Shown: positions 28,891-39,623 of the stretch, one piece after another
How the letters are laid out: each line of letters starts with the position of its first letter
Numbering within the stretch: the stretch's first letter is position 1
Source: Camelus ferus
Lineage: Eukaryota
Assembly (NCBI RefSeq): GCF_009834535.1
Contig: NC_045696.1
Span: 101,186,001 to 101,250,000 of the forward strand
DNA: 64,000 bases
Reading direction: 5' to 3'
The notes under the pieces: model-generated
Told to the model about the DNA's origin: nothing
The model's database searches: none
The model's input: only the letters and a program-made list of their open reading frames with translations
Translations under genes and position numbers: made by a program

Positions 28891-28977
28891 CAACGTGTGT
28901 TGATGGATGTTAACTAGATTTATTGTAGTGATCATTTCACAGTAAATACAAGTATCAAATCATTATGTTATACATCT

Positions 28978-29591
28978 TGATGGAAGAAATGTTCACATAT
29001 TAAGGTATGGGAAATTATTCTGGCTTGTGTATGATTTAATTTGACTGTCTTAACTAGAGCAGCCTGTGTTATGTCCTGCCAAACATGCATTATACATTTT
29101 CTTTAACCATTAAAGAAAAGAATGCATTTTTAAAAATCAAAATGGAGTGACTGTGGTTCAGGCATCTAGGATGGAGCCAAGTGACCGTTTTGAACGTGGT
29201 TTCAGACATGTTTCTGCATTACTGAGAACGTGAACTCTCTGAATTATAACAGAGTCAAGGACACCACCAGCCATTCTCAACACAGTATCTGCTAGCAGCT
29301 GCCATTTTCAACCTTATGGTCTCAATGTCTCTCCTTGGAACTATGCAACCACTTTGAACCCCAAACAATTCTCTCTTAACAAGCACCCTTACTTCTTGAC
29401 AGCTCCGATCCTAATTCTTGACAACACTAACGTAATTTTGTATTCTCAGCCTTTATAAACCTTCCCATTTTGCAGTCTAGTGTAACACAATTCAAGTACT
29501 TCTTGAATCTGTTTCTCCTGGGCTATATAGTCCTTAGTTTGGATCAAATAAGAATCTTTTCTATTCCTATTATAGATTATTTTTGTTGGCA
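28978..29591 (+). mobile_element. ERV1-type solo LTR, 614 bp, nested in the L1 3' UTR
   Basis: TG...CA termini and a 4-bp TSD, atct/acct. Contains 'aaaatggagt' and a TATA-like 'ctttataaac'. The L1 phrase 'tatacac|ctgaaa' is split around it. Confidence 0.8.
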
Positions 29592-29737
29592 ACCTGAAAT
29601 TAATATATATGTCAAATATACCTCAGTTTTTTTTTTTAAAAAAGCACATACACACACACAAAGAAAACTCAACTACTATTAGAATTACTACAAATTTAAA
29701 GTTAAGTTGCCAATCAATAAGGCTTTAACAACTTAAC

Positions 29738-30200
29738 TGTGATGCTGGAAGCTCTCATGCCCACCTAATGCCTCGTACTGACTGGTTCTGGGAGACTAAG
29801 CCTCAATGGACTGGGTTGGAAGGGCAATAGCAGAAGATTCACCAGGTTGTCCAGTATCATCCTGGGCACCTCCAATTTGTTCTCTCCAAGTCAGCTCTTC
29901 TGCATGGTCCCAAAAGTCCTCCTTGCCCACTGCATGGAGCCTACTTCAAGGAGTTGGTACTTTGGCTCCAGGAAGATGAGGTTCTCCATTTCTCTGCGAA
30001 TGGCTGAGCAGACACCTGGGACAAAGAGCAGAGAGCTGTCAGCTCATGTGTCTGTGCACAGACAGCCAGGCACCTACCAACCCTCATATGTTATCAGGGA
30101 GGATCACAAACAGAAATGTCTGGAAAACTGGCTATTTGTCCCCCATTCCCCTGCCCAGAGGAAAAGCCACTCCACACTTGTTGGACATGCACCCATTTCC
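29738..30200. mobile_element. Possible ancient ERVL-type LTR remnant
   Basis: A GC-elevated block starting 'tgtgatg' within an AT-rich background. Family not recognised. Confidence 0.3.
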
Positions 30201-30530
30201 AAGGAAAAAGATATTAGTAGTTTTTTTTTTCTTAATGTCAGTTCTTAGATACAGAAGGAGGAAATAGCAAGTATTAAACCTCAAGAATAAAATAATACAG
30301 AGGACTGAAAATTTACCTAGGATACACACACAAAAAAAGATGTATGCACCACAACAGGAATAATGAGTCAGTTGTAGGGAATGAAAATAGGTATTTTGAA
30401 AAAATGTTTCAAGTGATCTTACTGTGCAGCAAAAGATTAAAACATTATTTTCATCAATTTTCCTCTCATTTAAACCTGGTACCCATTTGATGACAATGTT
30501 TACCCTGGAGTAATTCTCAAGAGGTGACTA

Positions 30531-31435
30531 TTTTTTTTTTAATTTTGAATTTTTTACACAATTTTTCAAGGTTACACTCCATTTACAGTTATTACAAAAC
30601 GTTGGCTATGTTCCATGTGTTATACAATGCATACTTGAGCCTATCTTACATCCAATAGATTGTACCTCCCAATCCTTCAACCCTATGTTACTACCCCCTT
30701 CTCTCCCCAGTCGGTAATCACTGGCTTGTTCTCTACTGAGTCTACTTCTTTTTTATTATATTCACTAGTTTGTTGTATTTTTTAGATTCCATATATAAGT
30801 GACATCACACAGTATTTGTCCTTCTCTGTCTGACTTACTTCAGATAGCATAATGCCCTCCAAGTCTATCCATGTTGCTGCAAATGCCATAATTTTTCCCT
30901 TTTATGGTTGAGTAGTATTCCATTGTCTATATATACCACATCTTCTTTATCCATTCATCTGTTGATGGATAGGTTGCTTCTATAGCTTGGCAAATGTAAA
31001 TAATGCTGTTATGAACATTGATGTGCAAGCATCTTTTTGAATTAGTGTTTTTGGGGTTTTTTGGGTACACACCCAGGAGTGGAATTGCTGGGTCATAGGG
31101 TAGTGCTACTTTTAGTTTTTTGAGAAACCTCCATACTGTTTTCCACAGTGGTTACACCAATTTCTATTCCCTCCAAGTGTATGAGGACTCCCTTTTTTCC
31201 ACATTCTCTCCAACTTTTGTTATTTGTGTTCTTTTTGATGATAGCCATTCTAACATATAAAGTGATCTCACTGTGGGTTTGATTTACATTTCCCTGATGA
31301 TTAACGATGCTGAGCATCTTTTCATGTGCCTGTTGGCCAGCTACATCTCCTCTTTGGAAAAAATGTCTATTCAATTCTACAGCCCATTTTTAAGTCGGGT
31401 TGTTTGGTTTTTTTTATGTTGATGTATATGAGCTG
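30531..31435 (-). mobile_element. 5'-truncated L1 (ORF2 C-terminus plus 3' UTR)
   Basis: Poly-T at 30531 and antisense L1 motifs 'catgttgctgcaaatg', 'ttctttatccattcatctgttgatgga'. The ORF contains VRMAIIKKNTNNK. Confidence 0.9.
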
Positions 31436-31559
31436 TGGTGACCAGTTAAATGGTTAACAAACCATTTCCATGTGGGCCTGCAGTGGAACAGGTGTCCTAT
31501 TTTCAGTTGCTTCCTTCTCTCTAGGAAAAAAAGCCTCTGATGTTGAAGCTAGCACAACC

Positions 31560-34555
31560 TATCCTTGGTATAGTCATGGACAGGCCCTCTTGGTCACTTC
31601 CTCATTCCCTGAAGGTCTTCATATTTGCCTCAGTCTCTATCTCTCCAACACAATCCCTGCTGTAATTATTTATAATTCCAATATCTATATACATCTTTCT
31701 TAATAACCCAGACTCCCTTCCTTCCAATTATCTTCTTTAACCCTCTATTTCAACTATTCATTTTACATAGACTTGGATTTTGTCACTATCAATAACTATA
31801 TATTCTCCATAATCTTGATTTCAATTGTCATGCTTTCTGACCAACACTCACAACACGTCCACAAAACATCTTCCCACATCATGACTCCAACATTTTTTAA
31901 TTCCACTGGAATTAAAAGACCACTGATCTTACCATAATTTTACTGTTTTGTTTGCTGTTTTACAGAATCTGTTTTTATAAATTCCTTTTTTCCTGGATTG
32001 AATTACATTCTCTATCATTATCAGTCTTTGGATATGCCCTTAACTCTCTTCCTTTTCATTCATTTTATGGCACTCTACTAGCACAACTATTCTGTTTAAA
32101 CACAACTCTCTGTCTACATCTGGGCAGCTAATAACCGGAGAAAACCATATAACCTTGCAAACTGGTCCCATCGTATAATGATTATTAACCAGAAGTGGAA
32201 ACACTATAATGTCTAACAATACTGTGGCTTTCTAGAATATACTCAGTGCCCCATGCTTTAGATAAGTATCATGCTTCCTCACTTCCCATCAGACCTCACA
32301 CTCTTATCCCTCACATTTAATAGTGCCAGCTATTGATCCTTCTTTCTATTTCATTGAGGAAATACAAAACAATCAGTGCTTCTAAAAGTTCCCACCACAT
32401 TTACCCTCTTTCCTACACAAGTGCCAATTCGTTTTGATTTCCTTTCTTAAGATCTCCATATTCCTACTTAAACCGATAATGTGTGCACTAGATCCCATAA
32501 TCTCCTGCCATTTCAGTTCTCAGGAATTGATTATTTTCTCTTCTGAATTATCATTTTCCCTTCTAATGTATAATTCCCAATGTATTCAAACATTTCCCAC
32601 CTTAGTGAAAAACGTTCACTTATTCCAACAGCCCCTCAGCTACTACCATTACTCTTATTCAGAATAAAACCTTTAAAAGGACTTTTATATACTCACATTT
32701 CCAATTTCTCTCCCCCATTTTTTCCTCTTGAGTGTGCCCCACTAAGACTTTTGTTACTACTCCATTGAAATAGCTATTGACAGAATCACTCATGAATCCC
32801 ACTTAATAATCAATTCTCCATTCTTATGTTACTTGACCTAACAGCAGTATTAAGCATAATTTCTCATTCATTCATTTTTGAAACAAATTTCTTCACTTGG
32901 CTTTTAAAAACCACATCTGAGATATTTTAATATCCTAATTCTCTGGCCACTGCTTTGCAGACTCCATTTTTGGTTCCTCTCATTATCCCTGCCCTCTTAA
33001 TGCTGGAGTGCAACACGGGGCAATTCTGCCCCTCTTCTCTCCTACAGCTACACTCGCTCCCTAGATATGTTTCATGGCTTTAAACACTATCTCAACACTC
33101 AAAGTTATATCTTCAAAGTCAGTCTCTCCTCTGGACTCCAGACTCATGTTTAAAATGTCTATTCAACATTAATATTTAGTCTAAAAGGTATCTTCAGTTG
33201 AGTTCCTGATCATCCTCAAATACTGCTCTTTCAGTCAAAGTAAAAGCCAATAAAAGCCAGTAAAATCCGGCATCATTTCTTCAGTTGCTCCAACAAATAC
33301 ACCATTATCATTCTCAATTCTTTTCTTTCTCATGTGTTTCACTTCCAGGCTGGTTGCCAACAGTAGTAGTAGCAGAGCTAATAGCTCCACAGACATTTTT
33401 TCCCCAAGAATCTAACTAATTCCTACCACTTTAAGTGCTACCAATCCAGTTAAATCAACATTATTTATAGACTGAAAACCATAGCCTTTTAACCAACCCC
33501 CTCCTTCCATCTTTCTCCATTATTTTCTATGTTGCGAACAGTCATTTTTTTAAAACTATAAATCTGAACATGCATTCTTCTGCACAAAACATTTCAAAAC
33601 ATTAGGGAGGAAAATAAGAACGTTAATTGCAAAAATCATTTGCCTATCTGTCTTAGAGTAAAATGCAAAATTATTTTCCAATGCCCAAATTAGTTAATGT
33701 AATGCTAACTGCTGTTATCGCAGAGCCAGAAATGTATTAATGGCTTAACACAGTAAACATTTACTTTTGATTCTCGTAAGTCTTAAAATACACATTTCTG
33801 ATTGGAGGGTAGTTCTCTTGCCCATGGCGGTTCAGGGCACAAACTCAATCTTGTGTCTCCACCCTCTTAAGCGTGGCTTCCATGATCACTGTGCTTATCT
33901 GTCTCATGTCAGTGAATGAGGAAAGAGTATGATGATCAAACCTCAGATATTTTATGGGCTAGGGCTGGAAATGGAACATACCGCCTCATTTCATGATCTT
34001 CTGGATGTTAAGTCCGTCATGTAAATATATCTGATCCAAAGGAAACTGGGCAGTGCAGTCTTTGTGCCCAGTCAGAGGAGAAATGCATTTTAGTGAACAA
34101 ACTAGTTGAGACAAGGGTCCCCAGGCCTTACATGATCTGGCTTACTCCCAGTCTCTGACCTGAATTCCTCTCATTCTCCCCTTTAGACTTTCAGCCCCCT
34201 ACACAGACCTCCTTAAATTCCTCAGTCATCTGAATGTGTCTGATGCCATTGTTTCTAGTGCTCACTCCAGGACCACCACTGAACACCCACTCTCAGGTCT
34301 CCACTCGTTCCTCAGATGCCACCTAATCAGCAAGACCGTTTCTGATTCTCTGTTTAAAATAAGCTAGAAATTACACCCACCAATATTCTCTATTCTTATT
34401 TTCTGACTTTTTTCTCTGTAGAGCTTATGTCTATTTGCTTAATTAATGTTTTATCTATCTTCTTCTGCTTTATCCATAAGCCATTAAGAATATAGTATCC
34501 ATTTACCAAACTCTTATAAAAATGACGGTGAATGAAAGAATGGATTAATAAATGT
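31560..34555 (+). mobile_element. Long L2 LINE remnant (RT region to 3' tail), interrupted by an MLT1 LTR
   Basis: Pyrimidine-rich L2 phrases ('tcttatgttacttgacctaacagcagtatt', 'catggctttaaacactatct', 'tctcctctggactccagactc') and the tail 'gaatgaaagaatgga'. Confidence 0.75.
33690..34110 (-). mobile_element. MaLR LTR (older MLT1 subfamily)
   Basis: Antisense MLT1 pattern 'tgctaactgctgtta...aatggcttaacacagtaaacatttacttt' and 'aaggaaactgggcagtgcagtct'. Confidence 0.6.
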
Positions 34556-35777
34556 ATCTATAACCTGACCCTGCCAATCGCAGTACATTACTTTGGGTAT
34601 CTCAATATTCTAATCACTGCAAAAATAAGAATGTCTCTCCAAATGGCCCCTGTCTCCATATACTCACTGACCAAACTGGCAGTTTCTCCTTCAGTTGTTC
34701 CTGCAACAGCTAGCAATGTAGAAGAGTAGTTCAGCTTTTAATTTGAATGCAATTGGCCTAGAGTTGAGGGTGGGTCAGTGGAGTTGATGCTAAGCAGATT
34801 ACGTGTATAACTATGAAATCAGTTCTCCATTTTAAATTAAAACTTGCCACAAATTCTTTTGTAAACCATTTTGGTTGGTTTCAAAAGCCTATTTACTAAA
34901 GGAAAGACTCCTAGGTAATCAAAAGAGCACATGTACAGCCCCCAAATGTGTGGTGTATGGGTCTGTGTGTGAAAGAGTAAGCGTTTTGTGGTAGGGAGGT
35001 AGATTTGCATTCTTCTGATGGTTTGTCTAATTTAGATTGAAATACAGGATTTTTTAAGTGACAAAAATTTACTATGATACAAATCCACATTTTTATATCA
35101 CTTGGTAAAATAATTGCATCATAATATACTGAAGGGAACATGTTTCTCAGCTTTGATTTACTGTTAACAAGAGAAATTAGAGATTAGTGAATAACATCAG
35201 AGTACCAGCAAATCATAGTTTCTAACATTTAATATAATTCCTGAAAGAATTAACTTCTTAAGTATTGCTTCTAAGAACCACAATACACTGTATTTTTATA
35301 TTACCTTTCAACTGAATATGTTCATGTGATTACCTCATTTCTCAAATTCTCAACTTTCTAGCTTGACTGTTTTTATAGTAATAAGAAATAATAACTGGAT
35401 AATCTTGCCTCATTTTTTGCACTGACAGAATCCATGAGAAAAATATACAGATACAAAACTTCATGATCTTACTCAAAATTAGCTGAACTTACCAAATATT
35501 ATTCTGTACATTATAAGATTTTAAATATATTTTTCTTTAATTACTTATCTGTTATCTTTTCATTCTTTGTGAAAAATGCTTCTTAAGCTCTTTCATATGT
35601 ATGTGATTTGCTTGGGAAGGTATATACGAAATGTTGGAGGCAGGGTCTTTGTCAGGATGACTTCTTATTTAGTTACCAAAACTTTCAAACACCACTTTGT
35701 GACAAAGTAATGGGGAGTCATTGAAAATTTTTAGGAAGAAAAGTGACACGAATAGACTAGTGTTTTAGAAAGTTTCT

Positions 35778-36095
35778 TCTTTTTTTAATTGATGTAGAGT
35801 CAATTTACAATGTTGTGTTTATTTCTGGTGTACAGAATAATGATTACTTATACATATGTATTCCTTTTCATATTCTTTTTCATTATAGGCTATTACAAGG
35901 TATTAAATATAGCTCCCTGTGCTATACAGTAGGACCTTGTTGTTTATCTATTTTATATACAGTAATTAGTATCTACGAATCTCAACCCCCCAATTTAGTC
36001 CTCCCCACCCGCTTTCCCCCAATAACCTTAAGTTTGTTTTCTATGTCTGTGAGTCTGTCTCTGTTTTGTAATTAAGTTCATTTATGTCTTTTTCT
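35778..36095 (-). mobile_element. L1 3' tail fragment (cetartiodactyl type)
   Basis: 'aattgatgtagagtcaatttacaatgttgtg...ccctgtgctatacagtaggaccttgttgtttatctatttt'. Similar to the tail at 48165-48480. Confidence 0.85.
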
Positions 36096-37377
36096 TTCTA
36101 AAAAAAGTAAATTTAAAAAAATTAAATTACTTCTTTCTGAATAAAGGTGACTGAGAAGCAGTAAGACCAGTGTGGATGGAGGCATTGAAATAACACACAT
36201 TTTAAAAATCATAACTTCCTGGGCGATTTTCATTGTAATGGCAATTGACAAGTAGACAGAATAATAAGCTATATGTTGATATAAGAGAAATACTGGGTAA
36301 GTAATTAAATAAGACTCACCATTATAACCTATCTAGCCTGGTCAGCCTTCATGTGGCAGGCACAACATATTTCTACTCTCAGAATTTTGAAAACACTTCC
36401 ATGTTTTTGCTCTCAGGCACAGTTTGCCCACAAACAAGGTCCAGAAAGAGAAATATTTTTCCTCATTTGTTTAAAGAGTTATTTCATTTTCTCCTACAAT
36501 TGACCTTTTTTCAGGATTTGACAATGAGAACTTCCACTATCTTCAAGGGAAACTCTACCCACTCACATAAAGAACTATCAAGCCCATGGCCCTCAGGATA
36601 AACATAATCAGATTAGTTGACCATACGCTTCCAAGAGTCTGGATTATTAAGTCTCAAATGAGACCATATGTGGCACAGCAACAAAGGACTCCAGGTAGCA
36701 CTGTGCCAAGCTCAGGGCAGTTGTTTCCATTCTCTACATTGGCAAGAGATGAAGATACTCTAGCCTGCACGTAATCTGGACTGCCACATGCACTTCGCTC
36801 TTAACCTCCTGTCACCAAGAGCTTACACAAGCACTCACATAGCTAAAGAGGAAAAATAGATAATTTTTAAGTCAAAGGCAGTTTAAATCTAGATGTGGAG
36901 AAGGGAAGACATTTTCTACATTTATGGTGCATAATGTGCTAAAGACACAAGAAATTCATACTCCTACACAAAAAGTTCCACAGGCACCACATCTCAATCC
37001 AAAGTTACATTTACGTTATACCAGTCAGGTCTTGAGTGAAAATTTCCACCAAATAGTTACATTTTGCTTTATACATGAAAAATAAAAGACACATGAAAGT
37101 TCTTTCCCCCAAATGTAAAACTTTCAAGACTAAGGGACAGAAATTGTTTCTTTCAAAAGGGTAATACTAAGTTCTACGCTACACAAAGCATTCCACTATA
37201 TTAATTCATCCATTCAGTTTCATTTCCAAAATTAAGAGGCATTGATAGAACTCATGCTGCCCATCAGAGATATCTTCACTTAGAAATCAAAAATTGTTTG
37301 TGGTATTTATATGCGTGTATTTTTTTCCCTCTTAATGACTGTCATTTATTTTGTTTATTCCTCTAATATACTAACAG

Positions 37378-37378
<1 letters not shown>

Positions 37379-37429
<51 letters not shown>
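37379..37429. repeat. (TA)n microsatellite, about 25 units
   Basis: Directly visible. Confidence 0.95.
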
Positions 37430-37434
<5 letters not shown>

Positions 37435-37574
37435 TTTTTATTTTTCTCAATATAGATGAAATACTCTGGCTCTCAGTAATATATTTAATGATCTTGTGTA
37501 ACTCTCACTTTCTGATATAGTGTCTTGGATATGCCAAGTGATCAGTAAACTTTTGTGAAAACAAATTTGTGAAA

Positions 37575-37830
37575 GGGAGGCATTTAGTGGATAAAATGCA
37601 TGACTTTTGGATCTAAACGAATTTGGGTTTTATTTACAAGATTCCACTTATTAGCTGGATAAGTGTGACCCATTATCAAAATTCTCTGAGTCTTGATTTG
37701 CTCAGATTTAAAATTATGATAATAAAGCAGATCTTACAGAATTGATACAAGGATTAGTCATAATCTAGTACATATAAAGTCCATGGCATGGCGCATGTGC
37801 CTAGTAAATAGTGACTTTTATTACAGGTAT
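37575..37830 (+). mobile_element. MIR SINE, near full length
   Basis: 'tagtggataaaatgcatgacttttggatcta...ccactttattagctgg...ctctgagtcttgatttgctcagatttaaaat'. Confidence 0.7.
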
Positions 37831-38149
37831 TAACCTTTGTCCATGTAAAATTACTTTTTGTTTGAATTTTACAGTTTTATCTCTTCAAAATTCCTCTCAA
37901 TGAGGTGTTTCATACTGAACTCTTACTCATGTGACATAAGTTAAATTACTGCTGTATCCAGAATAACTTAAAAACTAAAGCACTGTGGGGCTCAAGCGCT
38001 ATATATGATTGAAGATCATCTAATATTGCCTAATGGAATTGATGAAATCTGAAAAGCTAGCAATACATTGGAAACAATTCCCAGTTGTTTGATAGCTACA
38101 TGTCTATATAATAAACCAGGGACCATCTTATAAATTTTCATTCACTTTA

Positions 38150-38645
38150 TAACTGGAGGCCCTTTTAGTAGCAAGTAACAGAAAACCTAACCCAACCTGG
38201 CTTAAGTAATCAAGGAGACAGTCTAGTGGCTGGGTAAGCTCCAAGTATGCTTTGATCAGACATCAGATCCACTTTTGGCAGTTTTATTTGTTGTGATCTT
38301 TTCTGTTTATCACCTTTCTCCTCAAGCTGTCTTTTCTCAAATGAAGCAAGGTGCCTGAAGTAGCTTAAACTCTACATCTACGTAACATGAAAATATCACC
38401 GCTCATCACTTCCACCACCACTGAACAGTATTTCTCAGCTTTTCTCTGATTGGGCAGACACAGGTGATGACCCCTTCCTTGAAACAATCAATGAGGCTAG
38501 TGAGGCCACCTTAGCTGAGAGCCGATTGGCTTAAGTGAATCAGTGCCAGTCCAGCAACAGCAGTTGGGTCAATATAATAAAAATAAATAGCTATTACACA
38601 ATGGTGAGAGTGAAATGATGAATTCTGGGAAAACAATCACTGAGT
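38150..38645 (-). mobile_element. MaLR LTR (MLT1J/K-like)
   Basis: 'tagcaagtaacagaaaacctaacccaacctggcttaag' and 'tctctgattgg...caggtgatgaccccttccttgaaacaatca'. Confidence 0.7.
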
Positions 38646-39493
38646 TATAAAAGTGTATGTATGTGTGTGAAGACAATCACTTAATTTTTTAATAATCATC
38701 TGAGTGTGTCTTAGTTGTAATCAGTATACATGTGAAATCAATACATCATTTCAACTCTCTATCTCAAATCTTATAAAATTTCCTTTTACATAATAAGAAT
38801 GGAAAAACCAGTTGTCAGGAACGTTGTTTGAGTGTAAAATTCTCCCTTTAAATTAATAATTCTGGTTTTTTACTTTTTTAGTCTTTTATTCATCTGAATT
38901 TCTAATAAAGGAAGTGTTTCTGAGCTTTCTAGTTAGTAGATATCATGGACTTTACAGATAATATTTCTTTAAAAAAAACAAGTAACTAGCTACCACTTAC
39001 AAAACATGAAGGTACAAAATATTTTCCTTTTCCTAATTTTAACATCCAAAGAAAAAAGACCTAAGTGAATGTTTCCTAAAGTCTTTCATTACAAAGTGCT
39101 GCTATCATTAAACTCAACTTAGAATACTAGGGGGGAAAAGTGATTTTCTTTCATCATGTGAATATATTCAGACAGTGAAAAACATCTAAGACTCAGTGAC
39201 TTAATAACCCAGTAAACTAGAATCTTTTGAACCAGAAGTATTTCCCTGTTCATTAAGAGAAGTTGTACCCTTTAAGTAAATAAGTAGTTGATCTCAACAT
39301 TTTTTTTACACATGCTTTGGTCTTTTTTAACAGGATACTATGGATCAATGTTGGTTCTAAAACTAACACTATGGACTCTAACACAGCACATGTTACCATA
39401 ATCACATCATAATGATAGATAAAGCAACATCGTGCCTTTGCTTGCCCACAACATTAGACCATTGCCAATCTATGAGTGTTTTGACACAGTGGC

Positions 39494-39623
39494 CTAAATG
39501 TTGTCAATTATTGTCATTTATGAAGGGTTCTGTTCATTTATTTTCTAGGAATTATAAACTAAATGTTGTCAATTATTGTCATTTATGAAAGGTTCTGTTC
39601 ATTTATTTTCTAGGAATTATAAA
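39494..39623 (+). repeat. Tandem duplication, 2 x 65 bp, one mismatch
   Basis: ctaaatgttgtcaattattgtcatttatgaa[g/a]ggttctgttcatttattttctaggaattataaa at 39494-39558 and 39559-39623. Confidence 0.97.

Larger units (their letters stand above)
27530..29643 (+). mobile_element. 5'-truncated L1 (ORF2 C-terminus plus 3' UTR; L1MA/MB-like), with two nested insertions
   Basis: Frameshifted ORF2 peptides ([67 protein letters not shown]). The 3' UTR resumes at 28891 and at 29592 after the inserts. Confidence 0.9.

Noticed and set aside
29847..30248. 133-aa ORF
   Set aside because: Non-ATG start, no recognisable homology or splice context, and it lies in a GC-elevated probable LTR remnant where long ORFs arise by chance.
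39494..39623. Direct repeats as a CRISPR-like array
   Set aside because: Only two adjacent copies with no spacer, in eukaryotic DNA. It is a simple tandem duplication.
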